64,000 bases of DNA, taken from the NCBI GenBank assembly GCA_964610105.1, contig CAZSUU010000003.1:18417-82416 (forward strand). The letters are read 5' to 3'. Positions 37,038 to 46,443 of this stretch are shown here, in pieces. Below the pieces are notes generated by a model that searched no databases, was not told the DNA's origin, and saw only the letters and a list, made by a program, of their open reading frames with translations. The position numbers and the translations under genes were made by a program. How positions within the stretch are numbered: position 1 is the stretch's first letter; every line of letters starts with the position of its first letter. Source of the stretch: an uncultured Verrucomicrobiota bacterium (GTDB taxonomy: Bacteria > Verrucomicrobiota > Kiritimatiellia > PWTM01).

Positions 37038-37225
37038 CCGGAGGCGACCCGACACACGCCTCGGCACAGGGGCCCCAGGAGGGATGCGCGGGTCGGAAGG
37101 CGTCCGGGAGGGCATGATCCCCTGACCCGGCGGAAGCCGATGGTGATCCCTGTGGCGGGCTGATATCGCCGGGAGTGAATATTGGTGGCGCTGCAGTTGG
37201 CCTGCGCGTGCCGGATCGTGTCGGT

Positions 37226-38545
37226 TCATTTGTCGGTGGCCACGGCTCGGCCGAGCGCGGACGGAATCGCAGCCTTGAAGTCGGACGAGAGGACGATGTG
37301 GTTGTCGTAGCGGATGTTCGCATAGCTGAAGACGTAGTCGTCCACGTTGAGCACGGGCAGTTTGGCCATCCACGTATCGCCCTCGCGCACGGCCGGCACG
37401 TCGCGCCAGGCTCGGGCGACGTTGTCGGGCGTCTTCTGCGCTTCATAGATCCGAACCTCGGCAACGCGCTCCGGCGATGCCGGCGTCACGCGCAGCTCCG
37501 GCACGCCGTCCTTGCCGAGGACGAGTTCCGACCCGGGACGCTCCGGCCACGCGATGTCCCTGCCGAGCACGTACTTCTCCAGCCACAGCCTGCAGTCGTC
37601 GCCGAGCTGGTCGGTGTGGTGATGCCCGCGCGCCTGCACGGCGAACGACCACGGCACGCCCGGCTTGAACATCTTGAACGTCGTTTCGCCTCGCTCATGG
37701 CCGCTGTGGTGATCGTTGGAGCCGGTGAGCCACAGGGTGGCGGCCGTGATGTACGGCGCGTGGGCCTGGCACTCGACGGTGGCGAGGTAAAGCGCCTCGC
37801 CAGACGTCACCGGCGGCTCGCGGTACGGCAGGTTGTACAACCAGACCGCCTTGTCGCGGTGATAGGCGATCCAGCCGATGCCGAAATACGCGACGACGGC
37901 CTTCACCCGCGGGTCCATGCCGAGATTCCACATCAGCGTGCCGCCGTAGGAATACCCCTTCGCGCCGATGCGGGCCGGGTCCACCTCCTTCTGGGCGATG
38001 AGGTAGCTGAGCACACGCCGCTGGATGGCGAACCAAAGGTAGTGCGAGGTCTGTCGCGGATCGGTGATGTCCTCTCCGTCCGGCCGTTTCGCGTGGATCG
38101 ACTTCGACTCCATGCGCCCGTGGTCAAGAGAGGCCGGGTACTTCGTGAAATGCGGGCGACCGGCCTTCATTCCGCAGTAGTCGAAGGACATCACGGCCCA
38201 CCCATCCTTCACATAGTCGGCATCGATGCTCGCGGTGCCTATCCAGCCGTGCACGTCGAGAAGCCCCGGCGCCTTCGTCGCGCCCGCCTTCACGCGATAC
38301 CGGCAGAACACGCGGACCTCCTGCCCGAGCACATACGCACTGACGTACGAATCGCGAGCGAATGTCCCGCCCGTGGTCTCCTGCGAAACGATCTCCTCCC
38401 TGAACTCGCCCCTGTCCGGGTCGTAGTCCTTCCAGAGCTCCGGCGGCGTGATCAAACGCCGCGATTCCGTGGCGCGCGATGTGACCGGTGGCGCGAGAAT
38501 CGCCATCAGGGCGACCAGTCCGCTGACGATCCTGACGATCTTCAT
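37226..38545 (-). CDS. Secreted alpha/beta hydrolase (acetyl-xylan-esterase / dienelactone-hydrolase-like)
   Basis: Start MKIVRIVSGLVALMAIL (ATG 38545); nucleophile GYSYGG; C-terminal extra domain. Confidence 0.75.
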   Translation of the reverse strand: MKIVRIVSGLVALMAILAPPVTSRATESRRLITPPELWKDYDPDRGEFREEIVSQETTGGTFARDSYVSAYVLGQEVRVFCRYRVKAGATKAPGLLDVHGWIGTASIDADYVKDGWAVMSFDYCGMKAGRPHFTKYPASLDHGRMESKSIHAKRPDGEDITDPRQTSHYLWFAIQRRVLSYLIAQKEVDPARIGAKGYSYGGTLMWNLGMDPRVKAVVAYFGIGWIAYHRDKAVWLYNLPYREPPVTSGEALYLATVECQAHAPYITAATLWLTGSNDHHSGHERGETTFKMFKPGVPWSFAVQARGHHHTDQLGDDCRLWLEKYVLGRDIAWPERPGSELVLGKDGVPELRVTPASPERVAEVRIYEAQKTPDNVARAWRDVPAVREGDTWMAKLPVLNVDDYVFSYANIRYDNHIVLSSDFKAAIPSALGRAVATDK

Positions 38546-38637
38546 CCCCACCCCACAGGTTGCCCCCCTGCGCCTGTCCCCTGCGCCACCCGTCCGCGTG
38601 CCCCTCGGCCGCCTTCGGCGCATCGGCTAAATCAATA

Positions 38638-38649
38638 ATACGATCGTAT
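38638..38649. promoter_or_regulatory. AT-rich perfect palindrome ATACGATCGTAT (candidate operator), copy 1
   Basis: 12-bp perfect palindrome in the 152-bp divergent region between the esterase (-) and hypothetical (+) genes; same core as 40370-40387; TATACT -10-like hexamer 17 nt downstream of its left half. Confidence 0.45.
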
Positions 38650-38697
38650 CGCGGAACGGGTATACTTCTTTCGTCCGCTGCCCGCGGTGGCTGTGCC

Positions 38698-40167
38698 ATG
38701 GCCGGGTGTTCGATGAAGCCGATGAAGACCCACAGGAACAGGACGGCGTGCAAGGTGGTCCTGGCGGTCGTGCTGTGCATGGCGGTCGTCCTGCTCTTGA
38801 GCGCCATGCTCGCCCGTGTGTGCGTCAAACGCCTCGCCTCTCCGTGGCCGGCGCGGGTGGAAGGTGTGCGGCTCACGCCGTCCCGGCCCGTGCTTTCCAC
38901 GGCCGATCTGTCGCCCACCAACGCCTTCTTTCACCTGATCGCCATGACCAACCCGTTGCCGTCCACGTACCGGCGGATACTGGACGAGGAAGTCTGGATC
39001 TGGACGGCCTCCGGCGCGCAGGGTGCGCCCTATCCCGCCTTTGAAACCTGGCCGGTTTCCAACGTCGTCAACCTCGGCCATTGGACCACCGCTGCGAGCC
39101 TGGACTTCTCCCATGTCCCCAGCGTGCTCAGCATCACCGGAGCGATCCCGAACATCTCGGGCTTCGTGCAGATGGCCAAGTACCAGTCGATCTACGCCAG
39201 CATGCTCGCGACCCGGGGCCGGTGGTCAGAGGCCTGCCGGTCGTGGCAGGAGAACCTCCGGAATGCCTCTCACATCATGCGCGGCGGCGGCCTCATGTCG
39301 CACCTGGCCGGCCTCGCCGCTCTCCAGTGCACGCTGAAGAGCGTCAGGGACGCGGCCCTTCTGGACACCCTGCCCCCCGAGGCGGCGGAGCAGTTGGCCG
39401 CCGCCCTCGAGCGCTCCGAGTCGCATCTGGAGCCGCTGGCTGAGGTGTTCCGCGTCGAACTCCAGGTGCAATGGAGCACCCTCCGCGCCGTGTACGCCGA
39501 TCCCCATGCCTTTGGCGGTCCGGCGACGCAGTCGGTGTCACGCACTGCGTTCCGGGTGCACCGCATGCTCGGCAGCACCGAAGCCCGATCCCGCCGCCAC
39601 TTCGAGGCGTTCTTCTCGCAGATCATCGCCGCCTGCGAACCCCGGCCCGACTGGACGCGCATCCAACGCCTGGAGGCCGCCTTCGAGCATCCACGCCGTT
39701 ACCTGCTGGACGATCCGATCGGCGGAATCGTGGCGGTCCTGACGGTTCCGTCGACGCTCCGCGTGATTCGCAGGCAGATCGCCTGCGAAGCGGCCCTCCG
39801 AGGCACAGCGACGGTGGTGGCGCTTCGCCGATACCAGGTCGACCATCGGGGAACGGTCCCCTCCCGTCTGGCGGACTTGGTGCCCGCCTATCTCCCCGGG
39901 ATCCCTGCCGATCCGTTCACGGACGATGCGCGCCCGCTGCAATACATTCCCGGCAGCGAGGACTGGGTCATCTACAGCGTCGGGCCAAACCGGCGGGACG
40001 AGGGGGGAACGATCGACAGCGAGCTGTCGGGCGAGAAACCGGGGCAATGCGGCGACATGCTGTTCGGGTTGCGGTTCAAGCGCATCGACGTGGCCCACGC
40101 CGAGCATATCCTCGAGGTCTACAGGCGGGAATCCTCTGCCGCCATCGCCGCGCCATCCGCCCCATGA
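38698..40167 (+). CDS. Hypothetical membrane-anchored protein (~490 aa)
   Basis: N-terminal TM VVLAVVLCMAVVLLLSAMLA; start 38698, 38713 or 38722; no recognisable domain. Confidence 0.5.
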   Translation: MAGCSMKPMKTHRNRTACKVVLAVVLCMAVVLLLSAMLARVCVKRLASPWPARVEGVRLTPSRPVLSTADLSPTNAFFHLIAMTNPLPSTYRRILDEEVWIWTASGAQGAPYPAFETWPVSNVVNLGHWTTAASLDFSHVPSVLSITGAIPNISGFVQMAKYQSIYASMLATRGRWSEACRSWQENLRNASHIMRGGGLMSHLAGLAALQCTLKSVRDAALLDTLPPEAAEQLAAALERSESHLEPLAEVFRVELQVQWSTLRAVYADPHAFGGPATQSVSRTAFRVHRMLGSTEARSRRHFEAFFSQIIAACEPRPDWTRIQRLEAAFEHPRRYLLDDPIGGIVAVLTVPSTLRVIRRQIACEAALRGTATVVALRRYQVDHRGTVPSRLADLVPAYLPGIPADPFTDDARPLQYIPGSEDWVIYSVGPNRRDEGGTIDSELSGEKPGQCGDMLFGLRFKRIDVAHAEHILEVYRRESSAAIAAPSAP

Positions 40168-40369
40168 GAGCCCCCGCGCTTCCCGCCGTATTCCGCGTAC
40201 GCCTGCCCTGACGCACGTGCGGCCCCCGCGCGCACCGTGCACGGCCCTGTGCGGGATTTCGCGTGCATGCGCCGTCACTCCGTGCCATCACGGCTGCGGC
40301 GATCGCGGATCGCACGCGGCGATGAGCCGTCGCGCGCATCCGGCTCGTGGGGACGAATATACCGTTTTC

Positions 40370-40387
40370 ATGATACGATCGTATCAT
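40370..40387. promoter_or_regulatory. AT-rich perfect 18-bp palindrome ATGATACGATCGTATCAT (candidate operator), copy 2
   Basis: Perfect palindrome in an AT-rich patch about 107 nt upstream of the 40494 ATG; TATGTT hexamer 17 nt downstream of its ATACGA half. Confidence 0.5.
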
Positions 40388-40493
40388 CGATTTGGTATGT
40401 TCTCCGGCTGCCCGGACCTGGCCATTCCCGCGTCGTTGCGAGGGTGAAACGGCGTGCCTTTTCGCGGGGAAACGATAGACTGCGGCGCAGATC

Positions 40494-41813
40494 ATGAGAC
40501 TCACGGACATGTTCGCAGTCTGTTTCGCACTTGGGTGCCTTTCGTCGTTCGCCTCCGACTACGCCGTCGTGATCGACGCCCGGTCCGCCGCCGACCCCGG
40601 CTGGCGGGCGGTGGCGGAGGTGCTGGAGGCGAAGCACGGCGGGACGCGCGTGACGTACACCGGCGGCGTAGAGCAGGCGGGCGCGGAACTGAAGCGGCTC
40701 CGGCCGCGATTCGCATGCTTCGTGGCGCCGCCCGATCACGTGACGACGGAGTTCGTGGTGGCGGTACATGGCCTGACGCGGGCCCTGGATGACGATCCCT
40801 ACACCGACACGATCTGGGGCATCCTGACCGGTTACGACGCCTCCAATGCCCTGCGCATCGCGCGGCGTCGCGAACCCCTGACCGTCCGCCGCGTGCTCTC
40901 GGGGACCGCCTTCGCCCTGGAGTGCGTCGAAGAGGGGGTGTGGTACGACGAGCTGGAACAGGGCAAGGTCGTGCGCAAGACCAAGGGCGGACGGCCCGAG
41001 GAATCGCGGCACGCAGCCGACAGCACGGAATCCCTCGCGAAGGCGTTGAACGACGACTGGACCGATCTCCTGATCACCTCCGGCCATGCGACCGAGCGCG
41101 ACTGGCAGATCGGCTACCGGTTTCGCGGCGGATCGTTCAACTCCAAGGCCGGCGTGATGACCGCCCGCGATCCGGCCGGACGCACGTGGGAGGTCCATTC
41201 CTCCAACCCCAAGGTCTACCTCCCCGTCGGCAACTGCCTCATGGGCCACATCGACGGCCCGGACGCGATGGCCCTGGCCTGGATGAACTCGGCCGGCGTG
41301 ATGCAGATGATCGGCTACCTGAAGCCGACCTGGTTCGGCTACATGGGCTGGGGCCTGCTCGATTACTTCCTCGAACAGCCGGGCCGCTTCACCCTGGCCG
41401 AGGCGTTCTTCGCCAACCAGCAGGCCTTGATCCACGCCCTCCAGAAGGATCCGCAGTCGCGCGGCCTCCAGTTCGACCGCGACATGGTGGCGTTCTACGG
41501 CGATCCCGCGTGGGAGGCGCGCATGGCGCCGGGCGCATGCCGGTGGGAGCAATCCCTGACGGAAAAGGACGGCGTGTTCACCTTCGAGATGCGCCCGAAG
41601 GCGGGCGCCGACTCCTTCCGCGCCGTGAACGTCAATGGCTCCCAGCGCGGCAGCCGCCCGATCATCCACCTGCTGCCGCGGCGGATTGGACCCGCCACCG
41701 TGATCGAGGGCGCAGAGTTGTCGCCGGTGATCACGGAGAACTTCCTCCTCACCCCCCTCCCGGCCGGGAGTGAGCTCCGGCCGGTCTATCGCGTTGCGTT
41801 CCGGGCCGGCTGA
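40494..41813 (+). CDS. Secreted hypothetical protein (439 aa); possible His/Cys dyad hydrolase
   Basis: Signal peptide MRLTDMFAVCFALGCLSSFA. Hydrophobic strand followed by SGHATE, and VYLPVGNCLMGH, are reminiscent of clan-CD cysteine peptidases (weak). The overlapping minus-strand 522-aa ORF was rejected. Confidence 0.55.
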   Translation: MRLTDMFAVCFALGCLSSFASDYAVVIDARSAADPGWRAVAEVLEAKHGGTRVTYTGGVEQAGAELKRLRPRFACFVAPPDHVTTEFVVAVHGLTRALDDDPYTDTIWGILTGYDASNALRIARRREPLTVRRVLSGTAFALECVEEGVWYDELEQGKVVRKTKGGRPEESRHAADSTESLAKALNDDWTDLLITSGHATERDWQIGYRFRGGSFNSKAGVMTARDPAGRTWEVHSSNPKVYLPVGNCLMGHIDGPDAMALAWMNSAGVMQMIGYLKPTWFGYMGWGLLDYFLEQPGRFTLAEAFFANQQALIHALQKDPQSRGLQFDRDMVAFYGDPAWEARMAPGACRWEQSLTEKDGVFTFEMRPKAGADSFRAVNVNGSQRGSRPIIHLLPRRIGPATVIEGAELSPVITENFLLTPLPAGSELRPVYRVAFRAG

Positions 41814-41875
41814 ACGCGCCGGATCCGATGAGGACAGATCCATCCGGTCCCTCCCTCCGGTCGCCAACGGGAGGC

Positions 41876-41893
41876 GCGGGCAGGATTGCCCGC
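41876..41893 (+). repeat. 3' hairpin element copy 2 (GCGGGC-AGGATT-GCCCGC)
   Basis: Identical core to 23306-23323; 63 nt downstream of the 40494-41813 gene, convergent with pgi. Confidence 0.4.
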
Positions 41894-41981
41894 CGAGAAG
41901 CGCGCGGGTCACCACTCGTCTCCCATGCGATGGCACCGCCCCTCGTGGCGGGCCGGACCATGCGACACCGATGACGAGGCG

Positions 41982-43604
41982 TCACCGCAACCGCCGGAAC
42001 CGTTCGATCAGCCGGTTGGTGGAGGCATCGTGGGAGGGCGCCGGATCCGCCGCGGACTGCAGCTCCGGCAGGATCTTCTTCGCCAGGACCTTGCCCAGTT
42101 CGACACCCCACTGGTCGAAGGAGAAGATGTTCCACACGATGCCCTGCGTGAAGATCTTGTGCTCGTACAGGGCGATCAACTGGCCGAGGCTGGAGGGGGT
42201 CAGCTCGCGCGCCAGCAGCGTATTGGTGGGCCGGTTGCCTTCGAACGTGCGGTGGGGCACCCGTTCCGGGGGGGTCCCCTCCGCGGCCACTTCCGCCGCC
42301 GTCCTGCCGAAGGCCAGGGCCTCCGTCTGGGCGAAGAAATTGGCCATGAGCTTCGCGTGGTGGTCCCCGATGGGGTTGTGCGACCGGGCGAAACCGATGA
42401 AGTCGGCGGGGACCAGTTTCGTACCCTGGTGCAGGAGCTGGTAAAACGCGTGCTGGCCGTTCGTGCCGGGCTCGCCCCAGATCACCGGCCCCGTCTCGTG
42501 CCGCACGCGCCGGCCGTTTCGATCGACGGATTTCCCGTTGCTCTCCATATCGCCCTGCTGGAAGTAGGCGGGGAAGCGTGCGAGGTACTGGTCGTACGGC
42601 AGGATGGCGTGGGACTGGGCGCCCAGGAAGTTGTTGTACCAGACGCCGAGCATCGCGAGGATCACGGGCATGTTCTGCTCGAACGGCGCCTCGGCGAAAT
42701 GCCGGTCCATCCAGTGGAAGCCGTCGAGCATCGCGCGGAACTGATCGGGGCCGATGGAGATCATCAGCGGCAGCCCGATGGCGGAGCCCAGGGAGTAGCG
42801 CCCGCCCACCCAGTTCCAGAAGCCGAACATGTTGGCCGGGTCGATCCCGAACTCCGCAACGCGCTCCCTGTTCGTCGAGACGGCGACGAAGTGCTTCGCG
42901 ACCGCCGCCTGATCCTTGAGGGCGGCGAGGCTCCAGGCCCGCGCGCTCACGGCATTGGTCATCGTCTCCTCGGTCGTGAAGGTCTTGGAGGCGATGACGA
43001 ACAGGGTCTCCGCGGGATCCAGATCCCGGAGGGTCTCGGCGAGGTGCGTGCCGTCGATGTTCGACACGAACCGCACCTGGATCGAACGCTCGCTGAAGGG
43101 CCGCAGCGCGAGGCAGGCCATGGCGGGACCGAGATCCGAACCGCCGATGCCGATGTTGACCACATTCCGGATCCGCCGGCCGCTGTGTCCCTTCCATTCG
43201 CCCGAGCGGATACGGTCGGAGAAGTCGGCCATGCGGTCGAGCACCTCGTGCACGCCCGGCACCACATCGGCGCCGTCGACGATGATGGAGTGTCCGCGCG
43301 GCGTACGGAGCGCGACGTGGAGAACGGCGCGGTTCTCGGTCCGGTTGATCTTGTCCCCGCGGAACATCGCGTCGCGGGCCTCCGCCACGCCCGCCCGGCG
43401 CGCCAGGTCGAACAGCAAGCGCAGGGTCCGATCGGTCACGCGGTTCTTCGAGTAGTCGAGATACCAGTCGCCCGCCTCCAGCGCCATGCGTTCGGCCCGG
43501 GCCGGATCGCCGCGAAAGAGGTCGCGCAGGTGAACGCGGCGCATCCTGGCCGCATGGCGTTTCAGCGGGGCAAAGGCATCGGACACCGAATACTCATCTG
43601 TCAT
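41982..43604 (-). CDS. pgi: Glucose-6-phosphate isomerase
   Basis: 540 aa, full-length PGI; SIS domains, [10 protein letters not shown] motif. Confidence 0.95.
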   Translation of the reverse strand: MTDEYSVSDAFAPLKRHAARMRRVHLRDLFRGDPARAERMALEAGDWYLDYSKNRVTDRTLRLLFDLARRAGVAEARDAMFRGDKINRTENRAVLHVALRTPRGHSIIVDGADVVPGVHEVLDRMADFSDRIRSGEWKGHSGRRIRNVVNIGIGGSDLGPAMACLALRPFSERSIQVRFVSNIDGTHLAETLRDLDPAETLFVIASKTFTTEETMTNAVSARAWSLAALKDQAAVAKHFVAVSTNRERVAEFGIDPANMFGFWNWVGGRYSLGSAIGLPLMISIGPDQFRAMLDGFHWMDRHFAEAPFEQNMPVILAMLGVWYNNFLGAQSHAILPYDQYLARFPAYFQQGDMESNGKSVDRNGRRVRHETGPVIWGEPGTNGQHAFYQLLHQGTKLVPADFIGFARSHNPIGDHHAKLMANFFAQTEALAFGRTAAEVAAEGTPPERVPHRTFEGNRPTNTLLARELTPSSLGQLIALYEHKIFTQGIVWNIFSFDQWGVELGKVLAKKILPELQSAADPAPSHDASTNRLIERFRRLR

Positions 43605-43800
43605 GCATCACCTCGGCATGGAACCATGTACGGCGGGCGCGGGCCCGCAGCCCGGTTCGGGTTGGACAGAAGGTAACAGAGACGGCGGAGAAGACAAGGA
43701 AAGCACGGGGACCGTTTCCTCCCCGCCATGCGGCGGCATGGCCGCGGCGGGGCGGCGGGTCCGGAGGCCCCGCCTGCGCACTCTCCGCGCGGGCGGAGCC

Positions 43801-44595
43801 TCACTCGATCGCCGTCACCGTCACGCCATCCCCCGCCCGCAGCTCCATCCGCCGAGCGGCCGACCCGTCGCGGATGGCGATTTCCAGGCGGCCGGACGAA
43901 CCGACGACGACGAGCTTCCTGCCCGGATCGACCTCGGCGTACGTGCGATGGATCTCGTGGAAGAAGTAACTCTTGATTTCGATCATCTTCGACCGGCCGG
44001 CCATGCTCCGGCAGTCTTCGACCCGGATATTCGTAATGGCGTTGCCGAAGTGATCGATGTGGATCACCTCCCCCTCGATCGTCGACGCGTCAGGCCGGCG
44101 GGCGTTCACCCACGGTCCGCGGACGAAATCCTCCACCCTGTCGGCGAGGTCGTCGAACCCGGCCTTCCCCGCCGCCAGCAGGCCGGCGGCCCACGCGAAG
44201 ATGTCGCGGCCGTGGAAGGTCGCCGCGGCCCCCTCCGGTCGACCCACGGACGGCTTGAGGCCGCCGGCCTTGACCGCGGTCGCCTCGGCCGCCACCCAGG
44301 AGAAGAGACCGTTATCCGGTCCCACGAACATGTGGCCATCGGCCTCCAGAAGGAGGGCCTTGCGGTCCGTTCCGACCCCCGGATCCACAACGGCCAGATG
44401 GACCGTACCCGCGGGATAGCTCCGCCAGTACTGCCCCAGCACCCACGCGGCGGAGCGGACATCATGGGCCGGCAGGTGATGGGCCGCGTCGATGACCATC
44501 GCCTCCGGCGCCAGCGATAGGATGACGCCCTTGACCGATGCGACATATCCGTCACTCTCGCCGAAGTCCGTCAGCAGAGTCACAATCCGCCTCAT
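43801..44595 (-). CDS. SAM hydroxide adenosyltransferase (DUF62 / chlorinase-fluorinase family)
   Basis: Start MRRIVTLLTDFGESDGYVASVKGVIL (ATG 44595), the canonical N-terminus of the family. Confidence 0.8.
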   Translation of the reverse strand: MRRIVTLLTDFGESDGYVASVKGVILSLAPEAMVIDAAHHLPAHDVRSAAWVLGQYWRSYPAGTVHLAVVDPGVGTDRKALLLEADGHMFVGPDNGLFSWVAAEATAVKAGGLKPSVGRPEGAAATFHGRDIFAWAAGLLAAGKAGFDDLADRVEDFVRGPWVNARRPDASTIEGEVIHIDHFGNAITNIRVEDCRSMAGRSKMIEIKSYFFHEIHRTYAEVDPGRKLVVVGSSGRLEIAIRDGSAARRMELRAGDGVTVTAIE

Positions 44596-44809
44596 AACGA
44601 AGTTCCTCCTCACCCGCGGCCCGCTGCAACCGGACTGCACCGAACGCTCCACGCTCCCACGGGGGGCCCTTCCTCTGCCCGTGCGACGGCGCCATCTTCC
44701 CGCGCCGTTCCGCCGCCCTCTTCCGCGGCGCGTCCGCACGGGACACCTGCCGCGTCTCCGGCCCCCGTCGTGCGGCCGGACACCCGGCCACCGGCTGTCC
44801 TCCGCGCGT

Positions 44810-45298
44810 TCAGAACACCCACGGCAGCATCCGCCATGTCCGACGCCTGTACGCAACATACTCCCGGAATTCCAATTCCAGGAAGCGCTCTTCGCGGCGA
44901 ATCTTCAACACGAGAACCAGGGCCAGCACGGCCCAGCAGAGGCCCATCCAGGCATCCGGGCGCTGCAGCGCCAGCCCCGTGCCGCCCAGCAGGAGCGCCG
45001 TGTACATCGGATGGCGGATCATGCGATACGGCCCGTCCGTGCGCAAGCGGGTTCCGGGCCTGACGTCCGGCAGCATGTACAACTGGCTCAGCCGCATGGT
45101 CGCGACCGCCCACACGCCCAGGAAGAGTCCGACCGACGCGACCACGCCCGCCGCCGGGCGGACCGGCCACCAGGGCGCGCGGACGAGCATGACGAGCGGC
45201 AACAGGATCTGAGCGCAAACCAACGCCCGCGATCCGGCCGCGAGCGCGGAAGGCGCCGTTCCACCGCCCTGATTTCCTTCCTGTCGCATGTTGTACAC
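44810..45298 (-). CDS. Isoprenylcysteine carboxyl methyltransferase (ICMT/PEMT) family membrane methyltransferase
   Basis: TM helices plus GPYRMIRHPMY...EERFL signature of the ICMT/phospholipid methyltransferase family. Confidence 0.7.
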   Translation of the reverse strand: MYNMRQEGNQGGGTAPSALAAGSRALVCAQILLPLVMLVRAPWWPVRPAAGVVASVGLFLGVWAVATMRLSQLYMLPDVRPGTRLRTDGPYRMIRHPMYTALLLGGTGLALQRPDAWMGLCWAVLALVLVLKIRREERFLELEFREYVAYRRRTWRMLPWVF

Positions 45299-45458
45299 GG
45301 GGGGATGAAGCTGCTAGACTGTATCTCAATCACAGCCGGGATGCACGTTGGGCGCGGGCGTTTCCCGTCATGGGTGCGAGGGACCGTGGGCGGCTGTCGC
45401 CCTGCCGCCGCGGCGCGGCCGGGGACGGCGGCGATGAGAAGGAGTCGGAAGGGACGCC

Positions 45459-45704
45459 ATGAAAACGGACGAGGTACGTGCGCGCATCGAAGACGAGGTA
45501 GCTGAATGGCTGCGCCAGGAAGCGGCAAAGCGCCGATGGTCCACCAGCATGATGGTGCGCCACATCATCTACGCGGCATACGATGCCGACAGCAAACGGG
45601 ACACAGAACAGTCGACGGCAGAGCCGGCAACCAAGCGTGCGGCACAAAGACGCGCAACTGCGATTCCGCCTACGGCAGTGCCTACTTCTTCCGTAAGTGC
45701 CTGA
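45459..45704 (+). CDS. Ribbon-helix-helix (CopG/Arc/MetJ-like) DNA-binding protein, RHH1
   Basis: VRARIEDEVAEWLRQEAAKRRWSTSMMVRHII fits the RHH beta-strand/helix pattern; SD GAAGGAG upstream. The C-terminal 17 codons run into the 77-bp repeat with non-native codons. Confidence 0.5.
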   Translation: MKTDEVRARIEDEVAEWLRQEAAKRRWSTSMMVRHIIYAAYDADSKRDTEQSTAEPATKRAAQRRATAIPPTAVPTSSVSA

Positions 45705-45729
45705 TGCCCTCAGCGCAATGAGAAGTGTC
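45653..45729 (+). repeat. 77-bp imperfect direct repeat, copy 1 (contains a duplicated bioD start, atgagaagtgtc)
   Basis: About 88% identical to 46400-46476; low GC (~50%) relative to the genome; internal agtgcct direct repeats. Confidence 0.6.
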
Positions 45730-45760
45730 CGTCAGGATTCGCCGAAGTCCAGGCGACCGG

Positions 45761-46012
45761 CTATAGCCCCGGTCCCTTGCCCACTTGTCCAGCCGCCTTT
45801 GCATGGACACGTCCATCTGCGCCGACAGTAACACCTTCATGTTTCAGCCTCTCCGATACGCACTCCACCACCAGATCGGTGAGCGAAATGCGCCTCTGAT
45901 GTGCGATCACCCACAGCGCGTCCTTAACCTCCTGGTCGATCCACGCGCTCACAATGCGCTTCCTAGATCCGCGTTGGTTCGGCATATTCGCCCCGATGCG
46001 CAGCCCACGCAC
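45761..46012 (-). CDS. Ribbon-helix-helix protein, RHH2 (paralog of RHH1, convergent)
   Basis: RKRIVSAWIDQEVKDALWVIAHQRRISLTDLVVECVSERL; roughly 35% identity to RHH1 over the RHH core; probable start at MPNQRG (45985). Confidence 0.45.
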   Translation of the reverse strand: MRGLRIGANMPNQRGSRKRIVSAWIDQEVKDALWVIAHQRRISLTDLVVECVSERLKHEGVTVGADGRVHAKAAGQVGKGPGL

Positions 46013-46200
46013 AATGAGTCAAAGAGCGGCGTGGAATGCGGCTTCCCCTGTTGTTCCTTGCCTCGCCGTTCCTCTCGTACTCTGTCCTCATGACGCGCAC
46101 TCTGCGGGGTGTTCTACACCGTGTCAACTCTTCTTTTGATAACTTTTTTTAGACTTTCTTTTGACGCCGTGGTAGGCTCGCTCCGAAGGGGAAAACGGGG

Positions 46201-46443
46201 ATGGCAACACGCACGTTCAGCGGCGGAAGATTCCTAACCACCGCCATCGTTGCGCCGGTCGCGGCCGTCGTGGTGGCCTGCCCGTTCTCGACCACCGACG
46301 TTGACTACGAGACGGACTATGGCCCCATCGGAAAGCCGTCGGAGTACACTGCCCGCAGACTCCGAGGAGAGGGCACCCGCACGGTGCTACGCAATGACAC
46401 GCAACTCCGATTGTGCCTACGACAATGCCTACTTTTCTCGTAA
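46201..46443 (+). CDS. Questionable 80-aa ORF, possibly a decayed duplicate; 3' end runs into repeat copy 2
   Basis: Reasonable codon usage for the first ~60 codons, rare codons inside the repeat; follows an anomalous AT-rich patch (46128-46165). Confidence 0.2.
   Translation: MATRTFSGGRFLTTAIVAPVAAVVVACPFSTTDVDYETDYGPIGKPSEYTARRLRGEGTRTVLRNDTQLRLCLRQCLLFS

Noticed and set aside
40368-41936. 522-aa minus-strand ORF overlapping the 40494-41813 gene
   Set aside because: The plus-strand frame has a signal peptide, balanced composition and GC3 bias; the minus-strand frame is Arg/Gly-rich low complexity.
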